64,000 nt of DNA, taken from the IMG/VR virus record IMGVR_UViG_3300037247_000655, positions 64,001 to 128,000 of that record, one strand, 5' to 3'. Positions 1 to 8,800 of this stretch are shown one piece after another (positions within the stretch are counted from its first letter, which is position 1; every line of letters starts with the position of its first letter). A program made the translations under genes and the position numbers. The notes below the pieces were generated by a model. It saw nothing but the letters and a program-made list of their open reading frames with translations. It ran no database searches and was not told the origin of the DNA. This DNA is from a virus.

Positions 1-58
1 TTTTAGTGGATTAAGGTATACGCTCAGTGGTAGTTTTGAATAAGGATATAACAGTAAA

Positions 59-131
59 GCCCCGGTATCCCAACGGCAGAGGAACGCGGTTTAGAACCGT
101 GTTAGTGTAGGTTCAAATCCTACTCGGGGCA
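59..131 (+). tRNA. tRNA-Leu(TAG), short variable arm
   Basis: Acceptor GCCCCGG/TCGGGGC; anticodon stem CGCGG/CCGTG with loop TT-TAG-AA; T arm GTAGG-TTCAAAT-CCTAC; 5-nt variable region; no encoded CCA. Confidence 0.9.
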
Positions 132-135
132 TTGT

Positions 136-208
136 GGGCCGGTAACTCAGTGGACAGAGTGGGGATCTTCTACATCCTTAGTCGTAGGTTCGAATCCTAC
201 TCGGCCTA
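136..208 (+). tRNA. tRNA-Arg(TCT)
   Basis: GGGCCGG/TCGGCCT acceptor; D stem ACTC/GAGT; anticodon loop CT-TCT-AC; GTAGG-TTCGAAT-CCTAC. Confidence 0.92.
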
Positions 209-212
209 GTCG

Positions 213-285
213 GGGAATGTAGCTCAGTCGGTAGAGCAACGGCCTTTTAAGCCGTGGGTCCTGGGTTCGAGTCCCAGCGTTCCCA
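213..285 (+). tRNA. tRNA-Lys(TTT)
   Basis: GGGAATG/CGTTCCC acceptor; GCTC/GAGC D stem; ACGGC-CTTTTAA-GCCGT; CTGGG-TTCGAGT-CCCAG. Confidence 0.95.
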
Positions 286-293
286 ATAGGAGT

Positions 294-935
294 ATGGATA
301 TGAAATTGATCGATTTGGTAGGGAAAAGATTCGGAAGATTGGTTGTCCTGAAAAGAGTCGATGATGATAAAAATAAAAACAGGAGATGGTTATGTCTGTG
401 TTACTGTGGTAAAAAGAAAATTGTTCATGGCAGCAGCCTTTATGCTGGCAGAACAAAAAGTTGTGGATGTTTACAGAAGGAAATAGTGAGAAAACTGTTC
501 ACTAAACATGGGCACAGTAAATGTGCAATCTACAACATATGGGCAAGCATGAATCAGAGATGTATCAATCCAAACAACAAAGAATACCACAATTATGGTG
601 GAAGAGGAATTAATGTCTGTAAACGATGGAGAAATTCGTTTCCTAATTTTTTAAAGGATATGGGAGAACGATCAAATAAAAAATACACACTTGAAAGAAC
701 TAATAACAATCGGGGATATTGTAAATCTAATTGTGAATGGGCGACATCGAAACAGAATAGCAGGAATAGGCGAAACAACAGGCCATTAACCCATAACGGT
801 AAGACACAACTTCTAATAGAATGGGCTGAAGAAACCGGGATCGATAGACAAACTATTGCTACAAGAATAGATAGATACGGGTGGTCTATAACAAAGGCTT
901 TGACGACTCCTATCAGAAAGAAGAAAAATTTATGA
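294..935 (+). CDS. HNH-type free-standing homing endonuclease
   Basis: DLxGKRFGRLVV...WLCxCxCG...KSCGC...YGGRGI...ERxNNNRGYCKSNCEWAT pattern typical of phage HNH endonucleases; paralog at 40876..41505. Confidence 0.85.
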   Translation: MDMKLIDLVGKRFGRLVVLKRVDDDKNKNRRWLCLCYCGKKKIVHGSSLYAGRTKSCGCLQKEIVRKLFTKHGHSKCAIYNIWASMNQRCINPNNKEYHNYGGRGINVCKRWRNSFPNFLKDMGERSNKKYTLERTNNNRGYCKSNCEWATSKQNSRNRRNNRPLTHNGKTQLLIEWAEETGIDRQTIATRIDRYGWSITKALTTPIRKKKNL

Positions 936-1978
936 TATTCTCCGAAATAGAAAAACGAGATAAGCTAGTTGAAGAAAAATTACTTAGGTGTGATGACCAA
1001 GGTGACTTGCGAGTATATTCCTACACTAATTGGTGCAAAATATGGAATGATATTACCATGAATAGCAGAGGTATTATTTTTAATCGCAAAACCGGTGAAA
1101 TAATTAGTAGGCCATTTCCTAAATTTTTCAATATGGATCAGACAGCCGAGACTCAGGAGAGAAACCTTCCGTGGCAAGACGGATTTAGGATTTTCCAAAA
1201 ATACGATGGATGGCTAGGAATATTATACAGGGATGGAGGACAATACAGAATAGCTACTAGGGGGTCGTTCCAAAGCACAGGGGCATTGTGGGCTACTGAA
1301 TTCCTGAAAGAATATGACCTTACTGGATTGCCAGACGAGGTAACGTTGCTGTTCGAACTTATCTGTCCTGCGACCAAGATCGTCGTCGACTACCATAATA
1401 GGGAAGAATTAGTATTGTTGGCTGCTTACAATAGACATACCGGTGAAGAGTATGGGTGGGAGCAAGTTGAAGCGTGGGGTGACAAGTTCGGATTTGGTGT
1501 AGCTGATTCTTATGATAGTAATCACCTTAAATATTGTCGTTTGCAAATCGAATCTACATCTGGTCTGGAACTTGAGGGTTTTGTCATTAGGTTTAATAAT
1601 GGCTTGCGAGTAAAGATCAAGTCGGACGACTACTTCCGTAGAAGTAAAATGCGGAGCCATTTGACTTTGTTGACAATTTGGGAAAATATGGTGTGCGGAG
1701 AAGTTCCTCAAGAATTCTGGGACGCAATAGATGACGATTATCATGATGCTTTGAGTAAGATAACAGTAGCGATGGAGTCTCGCTATTTCGAGATTCGACA
1801 AGAAATCAATCATCAGTTTGTAAGTATAGTTGACATTCAAGATCGTAAGGAATTTGCTATCGCAGCTCAAAAGTTGAGCCATACACCTGCGATGTTCGCT
1901 CGCCGAGACAAGCAAGAGAAGCGTGTTGACGATTACGTTATGAAATTTATTCGTCCACATAACAATATAATAGGGTAG
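932..1978 (+). CDS. T4 Rnl1-like RNA ligase
   Basis: RGIIF...SRPFPKFFN, motif I KYDG, IATRGSF, LFELI, EGFVI, RVKIK; ATG at 932 overlaps the HNH stop (ATGA). Confidence 0.9.
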   Translation: MIFSEIEKRDKLVEEKLLRCDDQGDLRVYSYTNWCKIWNDITMNSRGIIFNRKTGEIISRPFPKFFNMDQTAETQERNLPWQDGFRIFQKYDGWLGILYRDGGQYRIATRGSFQSTGALWATEFLKEYDLTGLPDEVTLLFELICPATKIVVDYHNREELVLLAAYNRHTGEEYGWEQVEAWGDKFGFGVADSYDSNHLKYCRLQIESTSGLELEGFVIRFNNGLRVKIKSDDYFRRSKMRSHLTLLTIWENMVCGEVPQEFWDAIDDDYHDALSKITVAMESRYFEIRQEINHQFVSIVDIQDRKEFAIAAQKLSHTPAMFARRDKQEKRVDDYVMKFIRPHNNIIG

Positions 1979-1987
1979 TTTGATTTT

Positions 1988-2059
1988 GTCTCTGTAGTGT
2001 TAACGGCAGCACATTAGCCTTCCAAGCTAAAAGTCTCGGTCCGAATCCGAGTAGAGATA
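1988..2059 (+). tRNA. tRNA-Gly(TCC)
   Basis: GTCTCTG/TAGAGAT acceptor; TTAGC-CTTCCAA-GCTAA; T loop TCCGAAT (non-canonical C at position 55). Confidence 0.88.
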
Positions 2060-2062
2060 TTT

Positions 2063-2158
2063 GATAGTGCATGGCGATGAGTAGCTCTCGGGGTGTATGG
2101 TTCGAATCCATACGTATAAATTGGCACCTGAATCCGGTTCAAGTCCGGGTCGCTATCA
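2063..2158 (+). ncRNA. Aberrant tRNA-like RNA (possible tRNA-Ser(CGA) with selC/allo-tRNA-like fold)
   Basis: Acceptor GATAGTG/CGCTATC+A; terminal T arm ATCCGG-TTCAAGT-CCGGGT; central hairpin GTATGG-TTCGAAT-CCATAC; sits between two tRNAs with 3-4 nt spacers. Confidence 0.65.
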
Positions 2159-2162
2159 TTAA

Positions 2163-2234
2163 GGGTCTGTAGCTCAGTGGTAGAGCGCTGCCTTGAAGCG
2201 GCAGGCGTCGTTGGTTCGAATCCAACTGGACCCA
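2163..2234 (+). tRNA. tRNA-Phe(GAA)
   Basis: GGGTCTG/TGGACCC acceptor; GCTC/GAGC D stem; CTGCC-TTGAAGC-GGCAG; GTTGG-TTCGAAT-CCAAC. Confidence 0.92.
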
Positions 2235-2346
2235 TTGAACAGAAATACCGTCACAACTGAATAAGTGACGGTAAAAGTTCCAGTACACTTCGTAATAAGT
2301 GACTGTGTACAAACATCGGTACTTTGTGATATATGTCGACATTATT

Positions 2347-2354
2347 GTGTATAA
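2347..2354 (+). promoter_or_regulatory. GTGTATAA putative phage promoter motif
   Basis: Exact 8-mer recurring in intergenic gaps upstream of genes; here inside the inverted repeat ACATTAT-tgtgt-ATAATGT. Confidence 0.55.
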
Positions 2355-2360
2355 TGTATT

Positions 2361-2558
2361 GTGATGTCAGAATTTATTGAAATACATCGTGAAACAGGAA
2401 TTCCATGTTTTGAGTGTGGTGAACGATCTGGTATGGATTGTCCAGGTCGGAGACCAGATGAGGCCACACGTTGTACAGTCTGTCTGGAAAAATTCATGAA
2501 AATCGAGCAGCAACTACAATCATCCCATGATCAACGGTCTAAGGATCGTCTGGGGTAG
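2361..2558 (+). CDS. Small Cys-rich hypothetical protein (CxxC...CxxC)
   Basis: 65 aa with CFEC and CTVC; bounded by promoter motif and terminator. Confidence 0.55.
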   Translation: MMSEFIEIHRETGIPCFECGERSGMDCPGRRPDEATRCTVCLEKFMKIEQQLQSSHDQRSKDRLG

Positions 2559-2581
2559 ACTGTGTAGACTGAGATACGCAG

Positions 2582-2615
2582 AACCGGATGGTCCAATGGA
2601 CTGTCCGGTTTTTTT
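2582..2615 (+). terminator. Rho-independent terminator
   Basis: AACCGGATGGTCC-AAT-GGACTGTCCGGTT followed by T run. Confidence 0.85.
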
Positions 2616-2656
2616 GTGCGCATTGGAAGGTACTGATCCTCTTCCTTCCGTTATTC

Positions 2657-2727
2657 GGCCCTGTGGTGTAATGGTACCCCGCCTGCCTTTGGAGCAGGAG
2701 AACTAAGTTCGATTCTTAGCCGGGCCG
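2657..2727 (+). tRNA. tRNA-Gln(TTG)
   Basis: GGCCCTG/CCGGGCC acceptor (one mismatch); CCTGC-CTTTGGA-GCAGG; CTAAG-TTCGATT-CTTAG; weak D stem. Confidence 0.85.
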
Positions 2728-2743
2728 TTTTCCTTGCCTTTTG

Positions 2744-2751
2744 GTGTATAA
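2744..2751 (+). promoter_or_regulatory. GTGTATAA putative phage promoter motif
   Basis: Intergenic, upstream of 2835 gene. Confidence 0.6.
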
Positions 2752-2834
2752 AAATAAGGTAGATGAATCTGTATCGCCTTCAGTTTTTGTGAACTGGAAT
2801 CTTTACAGCCTTATTTTAAGAAAGAGGTAAAGTT

Positions 2835-3386
2835 ATGAGTTTAGTAACAGACAATTGGGCGGCGAATCTTAATCCAGTACCGAAACCAGGTCAGATGTAC
2901 AGGACACTCAGTGCTACAGCCGTATCAGGTTCAGCCGTAACAGATACAGAAGCGTTCTTCACTAAAAGTTGCCCTTTTCCAATCAAGATTGTTGGATTTG
3001 AAGTACAAGCTGTTTCGATGTCCGGTGGAGGATTCAGCGGTAGCGGTTCTGCTCTGACTGTCGCCCTACAGAGTTCCAATGAAGTTGATGTCTCTCCAGC
3101 AGCTCCCACTGCTGTTGTATGGGATACTGTGGTATCTGTTGACGCATCTGGTTCCGCGCAAAGTACTGATAAGCTAATGTTCTCTGCTCCTGGCAACGTC
3201 AGTGGCTTGTTAAATCCTGATATGGACCAGTCGTTTGTTGCTGTACCCAAGGGTGGTTCTTTGAGGGCAACTCTTTCCGCCCAAGCTGCCGATGCTCTAG
3301 GTGTCGCAGGTTCTACTCCAGTTGAACTTCTTGCTGTTGTAGATTTTGTACCAACAGATTTAAAAACACAACGATATAGTTGGTAG
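2835..3386 (+). CDS. Putative virion structural protein (beta-rich, Ser/Ala/Gly/Thr-rich)
   Basis: 183 aa; RBS GAGG; own promoter motif and terminator; composition typical of capsid decoration proteins (inference). Confidence 0.55.
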   Translation: MSLVTDNWAANLNPVPKPGQMYRTLSATAVSGSAVTDTEAFFTKSCPFPIKIVGFEVQAVSMSGGGFSGSGSALTVALQSSNEVDVSPAAPTAVVWDTVVSVDASGSAQSTDKLMFSAPGNVSGLLNPDMDQSFVAVPKGGSLRATLSAQAADALGVAGSTPVELLAVVDFVPTDLKTQRYSW

Positions 3387-3407
3387 TCATTCATCACATA
3401 AATATTC

Positions 3408-3444
3408 AAAGGGCCTGGAGTGAAAAACTCTGGGCCTTTTTTTT
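3408..3444 (+). terminator. Rho-independent terminator
   Basis: AAAGGGCCTGGAGT-gaaaa-ACTCTGGGCCTTT followed by T run. Confidence 0.85.
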
Positions 3445-3455
3445 AATTGCACGTG

Positions 3456-3463
3456 GTGTATAA
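3456..3463 (+). promoter_or_regulatory. GTGTATAA putative phage promoter motif
   Basis: Immediately after terminator, upstream of the tail operon (3532). Confidence 0.6.
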
Positions 3464-3531
3464 CCTAGTAGGACAGGGCTCAGGCCTGGATAGACAGTAC
3501 CATTGCAAAATTTGGGACTGGGAGAAATAAG

Positions 3532-4608
3532 ATGAATATGGCCGAAACAGAACGGTTAATAGATAAAATTAATTGGGGATATATCTCTGCGACCGTGAGA
3601 ACCCAAGATAATTCAATTCTAATATTCACTCTACGTCCTCCCACACCAGAAGAACGAGGCAAATCAGCAATAACTTATGATAGAGAATACAAAAGATGTA
3701 TTCACATGGGCTTATCTAATGAAGTGGATGCGATAACAGATTTTATAATAACTGATCAATGGGATCCAGAGATAGACATCCAAATAGAAGGATTGCAAAA
3801 AGATATTCATAACATTCGCAAGGGTTTAATAGATTTTGTGTTTAATAGAACTAAACTAGAACAATCTCGCTCCCTTTTGCGTCGTGCAGAAAAAGCTCTC
3901 ATGGATCGTCTAAGTAAAAGACATGTTTTATTGCAGAACACAGCAGAAGCTAGTGCTACAATTACACAACAAAGATACTTAATAAGCGTAGTGACACAGA
4001 CTAAAACTGGTGAACCTTTTTGGGCAACTGAAAAAGATTTCGAAAAATTTGACGACATAGGAATTGTTGTGCAATTGTGTGAATTATTTTTTACACAATC
4101 TAAATTACCTACAGCATTAATACGTGAATTAGCAAGATCGCAACAATGGAGAGTATACTGGGAAGTGGCGAAACATACAAGTGATTTATTTGAGAGTAGT
4201 ATTACTTCGTGGTCTAATAATCAGAGAGAATTAGCTTATTGGTCTTCTATATACGACTCAGTTTATGAAGCATATGAGAGACCAGCTAAAGATATTATTA
4301 TAGATGATGATTTACTCGATTCTTGGTTCATAAAACAAGGTGAGAAAGTAGCGAACAACAAGAATAATGAGACAGTACCTATCAAACCTGGAAGTAATGA
4401 AGTTTTTGTGATGGCTGATGCGGAAGGGGCTAAACGTGTTTATGATATGAATGATCCTACATCTAGAACTAAACTAAGGGCTCGTCAAAGATTTTTACAG
4501 AAACACGGTGATACAAAAGAACAAAATTTGCCAGACAGTAAAAGGGAGATTAAACAACAAATTATGAAAGCTAGATCCCAAAAGGCAAAAGATATTAGTA
4601 GAAGATAG
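3532..4608 (+). CDS. Hypothetical phage protein, possible tail assembly chaperone
   Basis: 358 aa helical ORF upstream of tape measure; function from synteny only. Confidence 0.5.
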   Translation: MNMAETERLIDKINWGYISATVRTQDNSILIFTLRPPTPEERGKSAITYDREYKRCIHMGLSNEVDAITDFIITDQWDPEIDIQIEGLQKDIHNIRKGLIDFVFNRTKLEQSRSLLRRAEKALMDRLSKRHVLLQNTAEASATITQQRYLISVVTQTKTGEPFWATEKDFEKFDDIGIVVQLCELFFTQSKLPTALIRELARSQQWRVYWEVAKHTSDLFESSITSWSNNQRELAYWSSIYDSVYEAYERPAKDIIIDDDLLDSWFIKQGEKVANNKNNETVPIKPGSNEVFVMADAEGAKRVYDMNDPTSRTKLRARQRFLQKHGDTKEQNLPDSKREIKQQIMKARSQKAKDISRR

Positions 4609-4616
4609 GGGGTAAA

Positions 4617-4982
4617 ATGTTTGAGAAGGAACAAGAGTTGGCTAGTCTACAAAAAGAACTGCGTAAATCACACGAATCTCGTATAGATGATAAATCAAGG
4701 GGGAGATTGAAGAAGATAGCCAGTAAAAAGTTCAGGACTTGCTTTATTTCAGCGTTATCTGAGTTTGAAAATGAATTTGGTCCTGAAATCTGGGGTCATA
4801 ATATGGATAATGAGACATTGACGGAAAAACAAAGAGATAACCGCATTAGATGGAATGGTGTTAGGAAAAAAATTCTTGATAAGGGCAATGTTCAGCTGCG
4901 TGCGCTGAATATGGAAATGGATCTACACGACATACGATTCAGGGGTTATGTTGTTAATTTCAGGAGAATAGATGATGGATAA
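4617..4982 (+). CDS. Hypothetical phage protein
   Basis: 121 aa, RBS GGGGG, tightly packed in operon. Confidence 0.6.
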   Translation: MFEKEQELASLQKELRKSHESRIDDKSRGRLKKIASKKFRTCFISALSEFENEFGPEIWGHNMDNETLTEKQRDNRIRWNGVRKKILDKGNVQLRALNMEMDLHDIRFRGYVVNFRRIDDG

Positions 4983-5835
4983 TACGTCAAAAGAGATAGT
5001 TGTTGAAACAATTGATAAGGAAGGTAATAAACTCAAGTTACAAATCAACTCGATAGGACATAATATTCTACAAGATGCGCAAATGGTCTATAGCATAAAG
5101 CTTACATCATTGATCAAACAAAGTACAGTAGCTGGTAACGAATTATTATCACGACAACAACTGGAACAGCATCTTGACACTATGGGGATATGGACAGAGG
5201 AGGACAGCAAAAAGTTTCTTGAGATTCAAATAGAACTAAGGGAGATGGAGTTACAGCTCAAGAGTGGCGGGATACGGGTTGCCGAAGCTAAGCAAATAGC
5301 TATATCCATGAAGACAAGAAGAGCTATTTTGTTAGCTCTTTATAATAGGCGTTCACAATTTGATGGTATAACGATGGAATCAATAGCAGAAAATCAGAAG
5401 TTTAAGTTCTTGCTGGTTAGATGTGTAATGAAGGATAATCAGCCATTTTTCAAGAATATGAGTGATTATGATAGTAGACAAAATGAAAAGTCTTCGGTTG
5501 ATGTGGCTGATGCCCTGGCAACTAAGTTATATGGATATGACAGTAAAACTGAATCCAATTTGACAGAAAATCAGTGGTTAAAACAATTTGAGTTTGCTGA
5601 TGATAGTGGTCGGTTGATCGACCTGGAAAAACGTTTGATAGACGTGGATGGTAATCTGATAAATGATGAGGGACGATTGGTAGATGCAGCTGGTAGTCTA
5701 GTTGATAACAAGGGACGACCAGTAGATGAAAATGGTGAGTTTATAGTCGAGGCAAAGCCTTTTTTGGACGATAAAACAGGCAAGCCAATAGAGTCGGATT
5801 GTAAGAAATCTGCTAAGAAGAAGAAAAAAAGATAA
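4972..5835 (+). CDS. Hypothetical protein, possible tail assembly chaperone with 7-aa GxL(I/V)D repeats
   Basis: 287 aa directly upstream of tape measure; GRLID/GNLIN/GRLVD/GSLVD/GRPVD repeats. Confidence 0.55.
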   Translation: MMDNTSKEIVVETIDKEGNKLKLQINSIGHNILQDAQMVYSIKLTSLIKQSTVAGNELLSRQQLEQHLDTMGIWTEEDSKKFLEIQIELREMELQLKSGGIRVAEAKQIAISMKTRRAILLALYNRRSQFDGITMESIAENQKFKFLLVRCVMKDNQPFFKNMSDYDSRQNEKSSVDVADALATKLYGYDSKTESNLTENQWLKQFEFADDSGRLIDLEKRLIDVDGNLINDEGRLVDAAGSLVDNKGRPVDENGEFIVEAKPFLDDKTGKPIESDCKKSAKKKKKR

Positions 5836-5850
5836 TTGAAGGTGAGTTGA

Positions 5851-8800
5851 ATGGCACAGGGTTTCGTTGTTGGTGTCGATTTACGTATACAGCGGGTATT
5901 GGGCTTAGACAAGGTCAAGCAACAGCTGTCTAGTATCCAGGGTGTTAGTGGTGGTACGGGTGCTGTACCTGCACAGTTCGATAAGATATCAAGTTCTGCT
6001 TCGAATGCGGCTATAAATACAGCAAAAGTTAACAAGGTTATAGCAGACACTGGGAACAGCGCCCAGACTGCTGGGGGTAAGATAGGTAATGCTGGAAATA
6101 AAGTACAAGGTTTCGGGGATCAACTAGCTCTAGCTGGTAGGCGATACGCTGCTTTCATCGGAGCTACTGCTGTAGCATTCAAGGCCGTACAATTCATAAG
6201 TGCTGGTACCAAGGCTGTCATAGAATTTGACAAATCTATGGTCTCTCTGTCTCAAATACTCAGGGTTTCTACCGATCAGTTAGGTGGATTGTCTCAACAA
6301 TTCTTGGACCTGTCGGTATCTACTGGAACTAGTGCTGCTGAAATTGCTAATGCCGCTAAGCTGTTAGCTCAAGCTGGTTTCAGAGGTGCGGAATTAACAG
6401 AAGCTGTTTCTCAGCTATCCAAAGTACCACTAACCCCCATCTTCGAGAGTATGGATCAAGCTGTTGACGGTGCCATCGCTGCAATGAGACAGTTTTCTAA
6501 CGAAGGGCTAACCGTCGAAACAGTGTTTGATAAAATGATAAATGTATCTAATACATACGCTGCTTCATTCCCCGATATCATAGAAGGACTCAAGAGGGGT
6601 GGTTCAGCATTCCAGGCTATAGGTGGCACTTTAGATGAGTTTATCGCTGCTTTTACAACGATAAGATCCGTCACTAGAGAGAGTGCTTCTGCTGTTGGTA
6701 CTTCACTGAAAACACTTTCTACAAGACTGGCTGATCCCAAGATTCTCAAATTCCTAGAAACTAAAAATATTCGCTTACTAGAAAAGGGTCAATTTGTTGG
6801 TCCCTTGGAGGCACTTAAAAGAATCGGAGACGGTCTTGAGAGAACTAAAAGTGTGCAAGAGAAAGTTAGTATAGCTGTACGGCTGGGCGGTAGACGTCAA
6901 GTCAGCCGTTTTCTCGCCTTGTCTCAAAATATGGAAAAGAATAACAAGATTTTAGAAACATCAAAAAATTCATACGGAGCATTTAGTGAAGTCGCAGAAA
7001 AGGGATTACAGGCCATCAGTGTAAAAATTGATATTCTTGTAGCAAAATCCAAAAAATTAGCCATAGAATTAGGCGAAAATTTATTCATACCATTTGTTAC
7101 TGGTTTAACGAACGCCTCCACCGCAGCTATAGCGCTACTTTCGGCACTACAACCACTCCTTCCTATATTAGCCACTGTTGGTACACTAGTAGCCGGGACA
7201 GCTATTACAAAAGGTATAGGAAAGTTTCTTGGACCTCGCATAGCCAACCTTGCTGGTCCTGCAGCTTTTACCGCCGCAGGTGGTGGCATCAAAGGAGCTA
7301 AAACGGCCTTGGGTTCTAGTCCATTTGTTCAGGCTGGTTTACTAATTGCCGCAGCTGAAGTTACTGCATCGTTTTTGCGAACATCCGATGGTGCGGATAC
7401 TTTTGCTTCGACACTAGTATCATCTACGGCGCTTATAGCTGCTGCCATTGCCATCTTCAGACAACAAACAATAGCACAATTTGCTACCGGTGGAGGATTA
7501 TTACCTAGTTTGGGTAAGTTTGGAGCAATCGCTACTATCGGGGCTATAGCTTTGCCGTTGGCAATAAATGCTGCTCACAACAGTGCCCAGGAATTATCTA
7601 ATAAAATAATTGAAAGTGCTGTGTTATCTATAAAAAGGATCGATATTCAACCAGCTGATCCCCAGTCACTTCAAAAGGGATTAAGTGATTTATATAATAG
7701 TATAGGGCAAAGTGTCCGAGAATTAACCAAAAGCGCTAATGTAAATAGCGAACCAAGTATAAAAAAATCTCTCGCAAGTGTTGGTCGTTTGGTTTCGAAT
7801 ATTGTCGAAGGAGATTACGCTACCCTTGGGAAACTGGGAGGTCTAACTGAGCGTAATGTTAGAGATCAAGTTAAGGAAATCATAGATAAAAGTCCAAAGA
7901 TAGTTGAAGATATTCTGAAGGGTATCAGTCAGAGTATGGTTGACATAACAGGAAGAATTGATACGACAGAATCAGCAGGACGAGATAGGTTGATTGGCCA
8001 AGGGTTGAGACTCGGATTAAACAGAAAACAGGCTGGTAATTTTTCCGAAGTAATCATAGAGTCTGTCGGTGGGTTGGAAACTTGGTTGAAATTAATTCGT
8101 AAGAATACAACATCTATACAGAACGAAATACGATCTAGAGAGCAATTAATACAATTAACCAAAATTTTTATACCACCAAAACTAGTTGGACAACTACAGC
8201 AATTTTCACACGCTGTAGATAAAACCGTCAGGGCTATCAGTACATCTTCTAGGGCATTTTCGTCACAAATATCTGAAATATCAGGGGGAGTCAGGCCTCC
8301 TTCATTTGATTTTGATTTTGGGGCAGAACAAATTCGAGGGCTTATTAGTTCGAATGGTCTTAAGGATGTTTTTTCATTGACTCCAGATATCCCTAAATTT
8401 GTAAGTGGTATGAAAGATATCGATAATCTAATAGATCAGTTCATATTAACGATTAGTAGTCTGCCGTCTGATGCTGATTTTATTGGAGAAACTGATAGGT
8501 TTTTGGATGTCAGAGCCCCTCAGGCTATCAAAGATAATTTCGGTAAATTTTTCGATACTATTGCCCAGGATCTTGTAGAAGTTTCTGAGGGAAAGTTAAT
8601 AACTGCTGATGAAATTAAGGATAGATTCCGTAAAGAATTTGCTGATTTAGGCACGGGAGCTAGTGATGCTGTCGTTGAAAATGTTAGAAAATTCTTGCAA
8701 GGTACTTTCGCACAGATACAGGATGAACTTAGTCGGTTAGGTACCATTAGGGGATTTGAAGCTGCCGTCTCCGTGAGACCAGAAAGTCAGGCAGATTTTC

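Noticed and set aside
15-40. tRNA-like fragment GCTCAGTGGTAG
   Set aside because: Only a D-loop-like word with no anticodon or T arm; at most a remnant.
2235-2340. HDV-like (theta) ribozyme downstream of tRNA-Phe
   Set aside because: Could not assign the nested double pseudoknot by eye; only simple hairpins were seen.
2014-2342. Minus-strand ORFs over the tRNA array (also 247..456)
   Set aside because: They are translations of tRNA antisense sequence (GFEPTT and WDSNP signatures).
5815-5851. Programmed -1 frameshift at the A-run ending the pre-tape-measure gene
   Set aside because: The -1 frame gives only a short (~35 aa) extension, and the zero frame has two stops before the tape measure ATG, so there is no G/GT-like architecture.
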